Positions 29,566 through 40,549 of a stretch of 64,000 nucleotides of DNA are shown here, piece after piece (position 1 is the stretch's first letter; each line of letters begins with the position of its first letter). The position numbers and the translations under genes are program-made. The notes beneath the pieces are model-generated. The model searched no databases, had not been told where the DNA came from, and worked only from the letters and a program-made list of their open reading frames with translations. Source of the DNA: an uncultured Nitrospiraceae bacterium (lineage in GTDB: Bacteria > Nitrospirota > Nitrospiria > Nitrospirales > Nitrospiraceae); assembly GCA_963706325.1 (NCBI GenBank), contig CAVPLT010000001.1, forward strand, positions 896,001 to 960,000, given 5' to 3'.

Positions 29566-32500
29566 TTAGGATCGACAGCCGGTTGTCCGGTCGAATACCA
29601 CTCGTTGTGATGACGAACCACGTTGATCAGACCACTGTCTTGAATGCCCCTGGATTTGCGGTGAGAGTTCGATGTCGGCTAAGTGAGCTTGTGGAGTCGG
29701 GACGTCGCCAGCCATCAACGCCATGGGGCTCATGAGCCATCCCCCTGGCTCCATTGGAAGGGAATCGCGCCCTGACACCACGAGGCTGCTCAGGTGACCA
29801 TTCGCCTGTGCGGCACAATGTTGCGTGAGTAGCGGCTGTGCTTGCAGCGGCCGTTGCGGCAGCGTCGCCAACGTGTTGCTCAAGCTCGACAAGGGGGATT
29901 GAATGTTCACGGCACCGCTCAATCCGAATTGAGATGAGGCACTGACGACGCTCGTCGGATCGGCAAGAAACGTCCCCGCGATGATGCTGATGTTGCCGCC
30001 TGCTCCCTGCACGGCTTGCGCGAGCACTTGGCTGTTCTGCAAGGTGACGACGGCCGGGTCGAGGGTAATGTTGCCGCCCGATGTGTTGGGGCCGCCTTGG
30101 ACGGATGTGCTGAGCTTGCTGTTAACGAGGCGGATCGAATCGGTGGCCTGGATGAAAATATTGCCGCCGCTCGCTTGAGCCGCTTCGGTGGTGATGGAGG
30201 AGTTCTGGCCCAGGAACTGCGGCCCGGCGTTGATGGTAATATTGCCCGCGTCGCCAAGGCCGATGCTGCTGGCCGAAACGGAGGCCCCATTATTCAAGGA
30301 GAGTGACTGACCCGCATTGATGGCAATGTCGCCACCGACACGCGTTCCTCTAGAAAGGGCGGAAATCTCTCCGCCCTGCATCGAGATACTTCCGCCCGAT
30401 ATAGCGATATTTCCGGTTTCCGCCTGGATGTTTGCAACGTTCGGTCGAACATCAGTTACGTTGGCTGATACGGTCGAATCGCGCAGTTCTATGGGGCCGG
30501 TCGCCCGCATTTCAATTTTTCCTCCGATTCCAACGCTGTTGGTTTCGGTCAGCACATCGGTTCTATTAAGAATGATGGAGGCCGAGGGCGGATGGGGAAC
30601 ACCGTCAGCTATCGGGACACTTACCCCAGTGATACTGACCAGGCCTGCCCCACCGCTGCCGGTGCTGTTGCTGGAAATCACGACCCTGGTCGGATCAGTG
30701 CCGTCGAGGACCATGGGAGAGGCAAGCGTTCCCGCTGGTCTGGTGCCGGGATGAGTGATCAACTGATCGGCATGCAATTCAATCCGATTGGCGATCCGAC
30801 TGCCCTGCGTAGGCGCGATAATTCCGCCACCGGTGATGTCAAGCACCTTTGCAGACATGTAGAGACTGCCTTGCACGCTTCGTCCATCGGTCACGGTTGT
30901 GCCCGCCTCGCCAGCACCAGCCACATCGATCAGTTGTCCTTGTGAATCTAGGACGTTCGTCACATTGTTTACTTTTGAATTGACGATAGAATGGTCAAGG
31001 CTGATGTTGTCAGCCCTGATTCTGAGATAGCCAGGCAATCCCTCGTGTTGAGACTCCACCGTGACTTCAGAATTCGTGAGCCTCACGGACTCCGCAGGAG
31101 CATCGGGGTATAGTGTGTCCCAGACGGCGCCGAATGAAAAATAATGGTCCTTGATGATCTTCGTGATACCGGCCTGGGCTCGTCCACGACTTCTATTCGC
31201 GATTAAAGAGTTATCCGCCGTTAGTGAGCGTTCCACGCGCAACCAGATTTCGCCGGCGCTCGGTCCTCCCTGACAGTATGGACAGGATCCAATATCAGAG
31301 ACATCGGCGTCGGCCTTAATCGTGCTGTCTTTCAAAACGATATCGTGCGCCATGATATCGATGCGGCTAAAGCCCTGATTATTTGCTGGCTCGCCATTGG
31401 GTTTCAGGCCGTTGATTTCAAAATCTTGTGTCGCGACTGAGACGGCGCTGTCGCTGAACGAAGCCGGTCCGTTCGTTCGCATGATGACCTTGCCGCCCGG
31501 CGCGTTAGCATAAGCGTCCGAATGGATATCGGTGCCTTTAAAGTCAAACTCTTTTGCGAAGTAGTAAGTGATGGGCCTGTTCGGCTCGGCATCTGGCGTC
31601 GTGACGTGGCGATAAATTCGTGTGGTGGGTGGCGTCACGCCTGGCATGCCTTGAATGGTGATGTCAGCCGCTTGTCCCCCCAGGCATTGGCTCCCGCAGT
31701 TGCTGTCGGCCGAAATCAGTACACGGCCATCAGGCCCCGCTTGCGTCTTAAGCGTGTCCAGGTTCAACGTGATCGCCCCGGCATCCGCGCCACCGGTGGT
31801 GTCCGACCGGAGGAGGGTGCCGTTCGTCAACTCCACCTGTTGTGCTGTGATGGCAATGTTTCCAGGTGCAACTCTCGGATTGGCGGCATTGGTGACTCCT
31901 GTCACGATATGGGTGTTGCTCAGGAAGACCTCGTGAGCCGGTCCTCCTGCCGCTCCTGTAATGGAAATCGATCCGGCTCCGCCGTGACCCGTACTTGCGC
32001 TGGCAATGGTCACGGGTGGTGCGCCGCTCAATGGCGTGCCATCGGCTCCGACGTTGCTACGCAAGCTGCCAACCTCCATGTTGATATTTCCGGCCGTCCG
32101 GTCGATGGAGGAAGCCAGGATGGTTGCCCCCTGTGACAGTGCGGCGTGATCCGCTTGGATGGAGATCCCCTCTGCTGCTGCTGCGGGAGAAAGTGACGCG
32201 TCCGGAACGGTGAACGTCGTGCTCGCCTCAAGGTGGGCGTTCTCCATGGTGAATTGGCCGCTACGTATGATAATACGACCAGCGGAGGGGGCGCTTGTAT
32301 CAATGACTGCGCCTTGCGCGAGCGACATTGTCCCCATCGCGGAGAAGCTGTTCAGTATAGGTCCAGCAGTTCCGCCCGTCAGCACCTCGCCGGCCGACGC
32401 GACACTCACGAGGTTGATTTGGCCACCGGGGGCCGTGAGGCGCGCTGGTTGTACGGCGCCGTTCGTGGCTGTTCCGGCGGTGATCTCGATATTCCCGCCC

Positions 32501-33135
32501 ACCAAGGACATACCATGTCCTTCTGAAACAGCCAATTGGCCACCTTGCAGAGTGATGGCTCCTGGATTTGATCCGAGAAATCCAAACGCGGCTACTGGCG
32601 CACTGGAGATGGCCGCATCTTGCAGGCTCGGAACCGCGTTGAATCGCGCGCCATCCGTGAAGCGGAGATAATCAGCCGTCGTGAAGCTCACCGACCCGCC
32701 GACATTCAGGGAGGCATTCGGGCCGAAGACAATCCCGGCTGGGTTCATTAAAAAGAGATTGGCGCTGCCGAAGCCGGTGGTTTGAATGGTGCCGAAGATG
32801 TTGGAGGGGTTGCCGCCGGTGACGCGGCCGAGGATATTAGATGTTGCGAGACCGGAGTCGTTCAAAAAGTTGGCGACGTGATTCGTGGGGACACCGAACT
32901 CACCAAAGCTGTGAAAAAGATTCGGACCGCTGCTAGGACGAGTGCCCCCGGTGATCTCATGCACATTGCCGCTTGTTGTGACGGTCGTATTCAGCCCCGA
33001 CGAGGTGATGGGCGAAGTCGCTTGGGTGTGGCCAAGAGCAGGCACAAAGAGTGAGATGAGCCCATAAACGACGAAGGCCGCTGAGGAATGTGCTGGTGGT
33101 TTGTGACGGGGGACCGTCAGAATGTTGCTCAGCAT
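29566..33135 (-). CDS. TpsA exoprotein 2
   Basis: Same TPS domain and C-terminal module, passenger paralogous to TpsA1, ends TTGCRS; start at ATG 33135 after GGAAGG. Confidence 0.9.
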   Translation of the reverse strand: MLSNILTVPRHKPPAHSSAAFVVYGLISLFVPALGHTQATSPITSSGLNTTVTTSGNVHEITGGTRPSSGPNLFHSFGEFGVPTNHVANFLNDSGLATSNILGRVTGGNPSNIFGTIQTTGFGSANLFLMNPAGIVFGPNASLNVGGSVSFTTADYLRFTDGARFNAVPSLQDAAISSAPVAAFGFLGSNPGAITLQGGQLAVSEGHGMSLVGGNIEITAGTATNGAVQPARLTAPGGQINLVSVASAGEVLTGGTAGPILNSFSAMGTMSLAQGAVIDTSAPSAGRIIIRSGQFTMENAHLEASTTFTVPDASLSPAAAAEGISIQADHAALSQGATILASSIDRTAGNINMEVGSLRSNVGADGTPLSGAPPVTIASASTGHGGAGSISITGAAGGPAHEVFLSNTHIVTGVTNAANPRVAPGNIAITAQQVELTNGTLLRSDTTGGADAGAITLNLDTLKTQAGPDGRVLISADSNCGSQCLGGQAADITIQGMPGVTPPTTRIYRHVTTPDAEPNRPITYYFAKEFDFKGTDIHSDAYANAPGGKVIMRTNGPASFSDSAVSVATQDFEINGLKPNGEPANNQGFSRIDIMAHDIVLKDSTIKADADVSDIGSCPYCQGGPSAGEIWLRVERSLTADNSLIANRSRGRAQAGITKIIKDHYFSFGAVWDTLYPDAPAESVRLTNSEVTVESQHEGLPGYLRIRADNISLDHSIVNSKVNNVTNVLDSQGQLIDVAGAGEAGTTVTDGRSVQGSLYMSAKVLDITGGGIIAPTQGSRIANRIELHADQLITHPGTRPAGTLASPMVLDGTDPTRVVISSNSTGSGGAGLVSITGVSVPIADGVPHPPSASIILNRTDVLTETNSVGIGGKIEMRATGPIELRDSTVSANVTDVRPNVANIQAETGNIAISGGSISMQGGEISALSRGTRVGGDIAINAGQSLSLNNGASVSASSIGLGDAGNITINAGPQFLGQNSSITTEAAQASGGNIFIQATDSIRLVNSKLSTSVQGGPNTSGGNITLDPAVVTLQNSQVLAQAVQGAGGNISIIAGTFLADPTSVVSASSQFGLSGAVNIQSPLSSLSNTLATLPQRPLQAQPLLTQHCAAQANGHLSSLVVSGRDSLPMEPGGWLMSPMALMAGDVPTPQAHLADIELSPQIQGHSRQWSDQRGSSSQRVVFDRTTGCRS

Positions 33136-33175
33136 AAGATTTTTTCCTTCCGACCGACCATTTTCATGGTCGTTC

Positions 33176-36115
33176 TTAGGACCCGCAACCGGTCTCCTGG
33201 CCTGAGACGCCTCGATGTGACAATGAGCGATATGGATCAGGCACATGTCCCACGTGCCGCTGAATGCGCTGCGAGAGCTCGAAGGCGCCGTTGGGGCGTA
33301 CCTGAGCGTGGGAACCCGGCTTTTCATGGGCAAGTAAGGCCAGCGGACTCATCAGCCACCCGCCCGGTTCGACAGGGAGCGCATCCCGTCCCGCGACCAC
33401 GAGGCTGCTCAGTTGACCATTCGCCTGGGCGGCACAACGCTGGGTGAGGAGCGGCTGTGCTTGCAAGGGACGTTGCGGCAGGGTGGCCAACGTGTTGCTC
33501 AAACTCGACACGGGCGATTGTATGTTGACGGCGCCGCTCAACCCGAACTGCGAGGAGGCGCTGACGACGCTCGTCGGATCCGCCAGGAACGTCCCCGCAA
33601 TGATGCTGATATTGCCCCCCGTGCCTTGCACGGCTTGCGCAAGCACCTGGCTGTTCTGCAACGTGACGACGGCCGGGTCGAGGGTAATGTTGCCGCTGGA
33701 CGTGTTTGGACCACCCTGGACGGAAGTGCTGAGTTGGCTGTTCACAAGCCGGATCGAATCGGTGGCCTGGATGAAAATATTGCCTCCGCTCGCCAGTGTT
33801 GCGTCGGTCGTAACAGAGGCGTCTTGACTGAGAAACTGAGCACCTGCCTTGATGGTGATGTTTCCGGCGTTGCCGAGGCCGGTGCTCCCCGCGGAAATCA
33901 TCGCTCCATTGCCCAATGAGACGGCCTGCCTGGCAGCGAGAGAAATGTTGCCTCCAGGGCCTTCCGCAGATGTGTTGCTCGTAATCTTGGTGGACTGATC
34001 CGCTCGTAAATTGGTTGCATTGATCGTAATGTTTCCAGCCGGCGCTGATCCCAGCGTGTCAGTCCTAATGGCGCTATTGGTCAGCTGGATCGCATCGGCA
34101 GTCATCGTGATCGTGGCGGGAACTATGGTGGCTGGGCCATCTTTCACTATCGTATGGAGCTGGACATTGTTCAACGTCACCAGCTGAGCCGCATCGGAGG
34201 GTTCTGAGCCGATGCCTGAGATGGTCAATGTCCCAGCCTGGCCAACCTCGCTTGAGCTAATGATGAGGGACGGAGGTTGGCCATTGATCGGTGTCCCGTC
34301 AGGTTTCACGTTTCCCCTCAAAATGTTGACGTTGAGGGCGATTGTCCCCGCTGGCGCAGCGGCGTTACCGAAGGCGCCGGAAAAAATCCCCGTTCGGCCG
34401 CTGAAACTCAGGGTGTCGGCGGTGATGACGGTTGCGCTTGATGCTGGCAGAGTCGCGGCTCCCCCATCCAGCCCGGAGCTGAATGAAGCATTATAGAGGG
34501 CAACCAGCCTTGCAGGGTCCGTGGCCTCAGGTCGGATTCCTGAAATCGTCAGGATTCCGGCCGGGCCGGCCGTGGTCCCCACGTCGTTGCCTGTGACAAT
34601 GAACATCCTGTGCGCGCCAACGATCGGCGTCTCATCGGGATAGACGTTCACAAGCAGCCGGTCGGTGTTGATGGCAATCGTGCCTGCAGGTCCGGGGCCG
34701 TTGGTGTTCGCTACAAGTGTGGCGGCGCCCACCCCTCGTTCATCGGGCCATACTTCATTGTGTAACAACACCGAGTCCGCGGTAATCGTGATGGCAGAAA
34801 GCCTCGTATCTGCCGTCCCGCCAAAAATCCTGGTGCTCAGCGAGGTGTCCCTGAGCGTAACGCTCTTCGCAGCGGTGCCGGATCCGCCCAGACCTTGGAC
34901 GATGATCCTCCCCGCAGGGCCCGCATCGGCGTCCCGGCTCCTGCTGTCGCTCGCAATCAGGTTGCCGTTCAACGTCCCGTCGTCAGTGGGGGGGTTGAGC
35001 AGGACGATATTGGCGCCGGCTTTCGTGGTCAGCGTATCGACATTGAAGGTGATAACACCTGCCGGCGCTGAGCCATGTGTATCCGCGGTGATGAGAACCC
35101 CATTGGTGAGCGACACGTTCTCTGCCGTGATGGAAATGGTTGGAGGAGCATTAGGCATATCGGCCACACTGTTCGAGCCGTTCACAGAAACGGCTTTCAG
35201 GGAGGCATCGTCCATGGCCAGCTGACCGGCACGAATCACGATCCGCCCAGCCATGTCGGCGCTCGTATCGATGGTTGCTCCTTGCGAAAGGGAGATGGTT
35301 CCAAACCTGCTGAACCCGCTTACCGAGGGTTCCGTATGTTCGAGCTGCGCATTGTTGAGCAGTACCTCGCCGGTCGACGTGACACTCACGAGGTTGATTT
35401 GCCCGCCTGGGGCTGAAAGCCGGGTTGGCTGCACCGTGGCATTTTCGAGCGTCCCGCTCTGAAGAGTGAGATTCCCTCCTACCAGCGAAATGCCCTGTCC
35501 TTCCGAAACCGCCAACTGACTGCCCTGCACTGTAATTGCCCCCGGATTCGAGCCGAGGAATCCAAATGCCGCCACCGGCGCGCTGGAGATGGAAGCGTCC
35601 TGTGAGCCGGGAATCGCGTTGAACCGCGCGCCATCCGCCAAGCGAAGATAATCAGCCGTGGTGAAGCTCACCGACCCGCCGACATTCAAAGACGCATTCG
35701 GGCCGAAGACAATCCCGGCCGGATTCATCAGGAGCAGATTGGCGCTCCCGAAGCCGGTGGTTTGGATGGTCCCGAAGATGTTCGATGAATTCCCGCCGGT
35801 GACGCGGCCGAGAATATTAGATGTTGTGAGACCGGAGTCGTTCAAAAAGTTGGCGACGTGATTCGTGGGGACGCCGAACTCACCAAAGCTGTGAAAAAGA
35901 TTGGGTCCGCTGCCAGGACGAGTGCCCCCGGTGATGGCATGCACGTTGCCGCTTGTCGTGACGGTCGTACCCAGCCCTGACGAGGTGATGGGAGATGTCG
36001 CTTGCGCGTGAGTCAGATCGGGCCGGCATAAAGGGATCAGACAACAGATTACCAAAGCGGTAGTTCGCAGTGAGTGGCGCTGATGCCTTGGGCCGGTCTG
36101 GAGCTTGCGCGTCAT
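33176..36115 (-). CDS. TpsA exoprotein 3
   Basis: TPS domain, different passenger, same C-terminal module, ends ETGCGS. Confidence 0.9.
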   Translation of the reverse strand: MTRKLQTGPRHQRHSLRTTALVICCLIPLCRPDLTHAQATSPITSSGLGTTVTTSGNVHAITGGTRPGSGPNLFHSFGEFGVPTNHVANFLNDSGLTTSNILGRVTGGNSSNIFGTIQTTGFGSANLLLMNPAGIVFGPNASLNVGGSVSFTTADYLRLADGARFNAIPGSQDASISSAPVAAFGFLGSNPGAITVQGSQLAVSEGQGISLVGGNLTLQSGTLENATVQPTRLSAPGGQINLVSVTSTGEVLLNNAQLEHTEPSVSGFSRFGTISLSQGATIDTSADMAGRIVIRAGQLAMDDASLKAVSVNGSNSVADMPNAPPTISITAENVSLTNGVLITADTHGSAPAGVITFNVDTLTTKAGANIVLLNPPTDDGTLNGNLIASDSRSRDADAGPAGRIIVQGLGGSGTAAKSVTLRDTSLSTRIFGGTADTRLSAITITADSVLLHNEVWPDERGVGAATLVANTNGPGPAGTIAINTDRLLVNVYPDETPIVGAHRMFIVTGNDVGTTAGPAGILTISGIRPEATDPARLVALYNASFSSGLDGGAATLPASSATVITADTLSFSGRTGIFSGAFGNAAAPAGTIALNVNILRGNVKPDGTPINGQPPSLIISSSEVGQAGTLTISGIGSEPSDAAQLVTLNNVQLHTIVKDGPATIVPATITMTADAIQLTNSAIRTDTLGSAPAGNITINATNLRADQSTKITSNTSAEGPGGNISLAARQAVSLGNGAMISAGSTGLGNAGNITIKAGAQFLSQDASVTTDATLASGGNIFIQATDSIRLVNSQLSTSVQGGPNTSSGNITLDPAVVTLQNSQVLAQAVQGTGGNISIIAGTFLADPTSVVSASSQFGLSGAVNIQSPVSSLSNTLATLPQRPLQAQPLLTQRCAAQANGQLSSLVVAGRDALPVEPGGWLMSPLALLAHEKPGSHAQVRPNGAFELSQRIQRHVGHVPDPYRSLSHRGVSGQETGCGS

Positions 36116-36154
36116 ATCACCTTATGTCGACCGGCCACTTTTTGTGGCCGCTTC

Positions 36155-39078
36155 TTAAGACCCACAGCCGGTTGCCCGGTCAGAAATACCTCGCTGGGGT
36201 GAAGAGCTCATTTGTCGTAACGACGCTTCTCCCGGAAGTTGGCTCTGCGCCGGTCTGACACGAGGGAAGCCGGCGACAGGCTGGGCACCCGGTTCAAGCC
36301 GTTCGGGGGTCAGCAGAGCCATCGGACTCATCAGCCACCCGCCTGGTTCGGCAGGCAGGGCATCCCGTCCCGTTACCACGAGGCTGCTCAATTGACCATT
36401 CATCTGGGCGGCGCATCGCTGAGTGAGCAGGTTCTGTGCTTGTAGCGGGCGTTGCGGCAGCGTGGCCAGCGTGTTGCTTAAGCTCGACACGGGCGATTGA
36501 ATGTTGACGGCGCCGCTCAACCCGAACTGCGACGAGGCACTCACGATGCTGGTCTGGTCGGCAAGAAAGGTCCCCGCGATGATATTGATGTTGCCGCCTG
36601 CGCCCTGCACCGCTTGGGCCGTGACCTGGCTGTTTTGGAGTGTGACGATGGCCGGATCGAGGACGATGTTGCCGCCCGCCGTGTTGGGACCGCCCTGAAC
36701 GGATGTGCTGAGCTGGCTATTCACCAGTCTGATGGAATCCGTCGCTTGAACTGTAATGTTCCCGCCGCTGGCTTGGTTTGCAGTAGTAGACAAAGTTCCA
36801 TTCTGACTCAAAAACTGAGCCCCTGCGTTAATGACAATATTGCCGGCATTGGCAGGACCGGTGCTGTTCGCGATGATCGAACCTCCGTTACTCAAGGTGA
36901 CGGACTGATTCGCTACGACTGAAATATTCCCGCCCGTTGCGCTGGGTTCGATCCCCGACGTTGATGCCGAAAGGACGCCGCCATTCTGAATGGTGACGGA
37001 TTGGGCTGATAGATTAATGCTGCCCCCGGCCCCGGTGCCTTGTGCGTCCGTGAAGATTCCGCTCCCGACTCCATCGATAACAATCGATTGCGCTGGACCG
37101 GGGACATTTGGACCGTAATCGTGCCGCCTCCACCGGTTGGAATTTCTACGAGCGCATCCGGAGCATCAAATGGGAACGGGGTGCTGCCGCTTTTGAGTTG
37201 CCCACCATTGGTGACTTGTAGACTATTCGTGAAGAGATTGAGCCTCCCTCCCTGTCCGGATTCGGAAGGTCTCGGTGGTGAGGAGACTTCCGCTCTGTCA
37301 CGAGAATCTGAGGAGCCGTGATCGTGAGGTCGGCGGCTGGAGCTGATCGGTAAGCATTAGTTGCAATTACAGAGTTGGCCATCCAGGCTCAATTGTTCGG
37401 AGAGCGTCACGGTGATGTTACCTGGTACATGCGGAGTCAAGTTGTCACCCTCGATTAGGGACCTTTCCTGAAGGGTCAGGTTTTGCGCGAGTGATCTCCA
37501 CCTTTCCCAACGACCGGTTATGTCGTTGCCGCGTTGAAGACAGTCGCTCCTTGGCTCAAACGATATCGCCATTGTGGTGCGTTTAAGGTGATGTTACCCG
37601 ACCTGCCGGTACTCAGGCTGGTTTGAGACGTAATGATAGGACTTGCCAGCATGTGAGTCCCTCGGGTGCTCGTGAGTTCGATATGACCTGCATTGCCCGA
37701 ATTGAGGCGATTCCTTCATCCACTCCTTGGCGTAACGGTCGAGATACCTCCAAAGTTCTCCGATTCAATGTTCCGAACCGCTCGTGCAGTGATGTTGCCG
37801 CTGTCACTCGCGCTCACGGTAGCGGTCGTGAGCTGCGCAAGCGTCTTTCATGAGGATGGAGTTGGCGTCCAACGTAATGTCCCCACTCTTCCCCCCCGCA
37901 CTCATCGGCGCCACATCGGACCTGATGCCGGTGAAGGGGAAAGTAAATGTCTCCAGATCGAACTCATTAATCCCAACCATCTCGATGTGATCGGCTCGTA
38001 TGCGCACGCCACCCGAGCCGAGGCCCGGTGATGCCTGGTCGGTCACATTGGTTTCAAGGACGGCGAGGTTCCGAATCACCACATCCTGGGCCATCTGAAT
38101 GTCGATCCCAGTCCCAGCTTGGCCCGGCTGTCCCGAGGGTGGGCCGGTCACGTTGGCCGAGAGCGTCGAGTCGTCAATAACAAAACTGCCGCCCCGAATA
38201 CGAATGGTCCCACCGTCGTAGCCGCTGCTGTCGATGACCGATTTTTGCGAAACCTGGATTGTGCCGAGCGCTCCAAAGGACTGTCCGTTTATATTGGGAG
38301 CTTGCTCCAAGGTGCCCGTGAGAATCTCTCCCGGCGAGGCAACGCTCGCCAGAGAAATCGCGCCGGCTGGCGCGACGAGCTGTGCTGGTCGGACGGTGCC
38401 GTCAGCAAGTGTGCCGGACTCAACGGTGATATTCCCACCGACGAGCGAGATGTTCTGGCCAGGGAGCACGGAGAGTTCTCCGCCCTGAACGGTAATGGCC
38501 CCGGGGTTCGATCCGAGGAATCCGAATGCTGCGACCGGTGCGCTGGAGATAGACGCGTCTGCCGATCCGGGAATCGCCGTGAACCTTGCACCATCTGCTA
38601 GACGTAGGTGATCAGCCGTTGTGAAACTGACTGATCCTCCGACATTGAGTGAGGCATTCGGGCCGAAAACAATCCCGGCTGGATTCATCAAAAAGAGATT
38701 GGCGCTGCCGAAGCCGGTGGTTTGAAGAGTGCCGAAGATGTTGGACGGATTGCCATCCGTGACCCGACCTAAAATATTGGAGGTAGCCAGGCCCGAGTCG
38801 TTGAGGAAATTGGCGGTGTTATTGGTCGGAACACCGAATTGTCCAAAACTGTGGAATAGGTTGGCTCCGTTTCCTGGCCTTGTACCGCCCGTAATATTAT
38901 AGGTGTTCCCCGCTTGGGACACGGTGGTGCCCAGGTTGCCGGCACCGGTAGTTGAAGTGATGGGAGGAGCTGTTTGTGCGAGACCGAGTGAGGCCTGCGA
39001 GGCTGCTATCAGAAGCACGAAAACTGGCATCGCACCTGACAGGGAGATGAATGACGCTCGGCCAGTAGTCCCTATCAT
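36155..39078 (-). pseudogene. TpsA exoprotein 4, multiply frameshifted (~37050-37850)
   Basis: Intact TPS N-terminus (37804-39078) and C-terminal module ending ATGCGS (36155-36895); beta-helix fragments (SGNITARA, VPGNITVT, AGGSINLS) continue in shifting frames between them. Confidence 0.82.
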
Positions 39079-39207
39079 GGAGGGTTCCTTTTGCCTAGGG
39101 TTACGATTCAGCTCTACTGAACAGTCGATGATCATGGGCTGGCGCCTGTTGGCCAGCCCATGATTTTTCTACTCATCCCCTTGCCAGCGACGCAAGGCTA
39201 CAGCCAA

Positions 39208-39600
39208 TTAGACGCTTTTGTCCATAGACCCGAGGCACCAGGACTTGATTCTAAACTCTGGCCCTGCGATGAGACGCGATGCGAGACTACCAATCGAGCG
39301 ATTCCCTCTCACATGTGCGACGATTTCCTTGGGCAGGTTGGTTGAAGGCAGAGTAAGGGATAGTGAATCATGACCCGTATTGAAAGCCGATGCGGGGGTG
39401 ATGGCAGCCGCATGGAGCTGAAAGAGATCAGTGCCACTCGCACGGCATGTGGCACATCCAGGTGTGCCACGCCACTGACAATTCCCTTGCGGATTCCAGC
39501 AGGGGCAGCAAAGGGCGTTAGCCTCAGTCGGGATGAAGAGTGATGGACCTGTGAGCAGCGTAAAGAGCATGAGTATAGGTGCGAGTCTGAGCATGAACAT
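39208..39600 (-). CDS. secreted Cys-rich hypothetical protein
   Basis: Signal peptide ending ANA followed by LCCPCWNPQGNCQWRGTPGCATC; GAAGGAGG RBS. Confidence 0.7.
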   Translation of the reverse strand: MFMLRLAPILMLFTLLTGPSLFIPTEANALCCPCWNPQGNCQWRGTPGCATCRASGTDLFQLHAAAITPASAFNTGHDSLSLTLPSTNLPKEIVAHVRGNRSIGSLASRLIAGPEFRIKSWCLGSMDKSV

Positions 39601-39651
39601 CGCGAGACCTCCTTCAGAAGAAGTCAGTTGAATGAGTGGTCAGTTGCCTTC

Positions 39652-40065
39652 CTACTTATGCTTGGGATCCACCTTTTTACCCCTCTCGTACAGAGCATTC
39701 GGGCACCTTGTGAACTCATAGGTGTCCCCTTCTGTTACAACTGTGCCCGGCATTACGGAGATCGTGTACACCTTGCTCCTTAGTTTTTTAACGTATTTTT
39801 TCTCAGTTTCGTCATTCATGTCTGGTTGAGTGACTGCGAAGACGGAGTCGGGATAGGTCACGTTTAAAGAACCTTTCTTGTCGTCCTTTTTTACGGTGAA
39901 TTCGGAAAAACAACCATCCGCACCCTCGCCACAGGCCTCACCTACTCGCGGGCAATTCATTTGATCTTTAGCGTTGGTAGCCGCGAATACAGGGGTAGCC
40001 TCGTTTACAGTTAGAGAAACCAGCGCAGCACAAACTGCTACATATCTACATTTGTTCATGATCAC
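39652..40065 (-). CDS. secreted hypothetical protein
   Basis: Signal peptide ending VFA, four Cys in the mature part, Lys-rich; GGGAGGAG RBS. Confidence 0.7.
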   Translation of the reverse strand: MIMNKCRYVAVCAALVSLTVNEATPVFAATNAKDQMNCPRVGEACGEGADGCFSEFTVKKDDKKGSLNVTYPDSVFAVTQPDMNDETEKKYVKKLRSKVYTISVMPGTVVTEGDTYEFTRCPNALYERGKKVDPKHK

Positions 40066-40128
40066 ATCTCCTCCCGATATGGAATGTGGAGCGCCCCTTA
40101 GACTGACGTATCCTCTGCCTGACTCCTT

Positions 40129-40401
40129 TCAATGCACTATCCAGGTACCGTATGGTGTCCTCTTCGCGCCACTGCAGCCTGGTCCATAGCTCGGCTCGCC
40201 GACATGCTTTCCATCCATTCGAAGAGTCCTCGCCTGGGTCGCGACAACACGCATCACCGCCATGTCAGCGAGGTGGCTAAGTGCCGGTGCTGGCTTCGGG
40301 ATAGTCTGTACCTTCGGTAATGGCGAGAGATAAATCGGTCTTGACGGGATGGGAATGCTTTGGCTTGACGGAGGGACTACGGAACTCGAGCAGCCATCCA
40401 T
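40129..40401 (-). CDS. possible hypothetical protein
   Basis: AAGGAG RBS before ATG 40401, Pro/Ser-rich, no recognisable motif. Confidence 0.3.
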   Translation of the reverse strand: MDGCSSSVVPPSSQSIPIPSRPIYLSPLPKVQTIPKPAPALSHLADMAVMRVVATQARTLRMDGKHVGEPSYGPGCSGAKRTPYGTWIVH

Positions 40402-40549
40402 GGCGCACTCCTTTTAGCTCTACTTTCCACCCTGCGTGGTGCCGAACCACGCGAGACGAGAGCGGAAGTCTTATGGACCGAACATCCTGGTCATTAACTT
40501 GAAACACAGTGCGGCTACACCCTTCGGATGTCGACCGCACATATCGGGG

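Noticed and set aside
33136..33333. Extended start of TpsA2
   Set aside because: It overlaps the 3' end of TpsA3; the signal peptide and RBS fit ATG 33135.
25943..39078. Contact-dependent inhibition (CdiA/CdiI) toxin array
   Set aside because: C-termini are conserved rather than polymorphic, there is no VENN-type motif, and no immunity genes lie between the tpsA genes.
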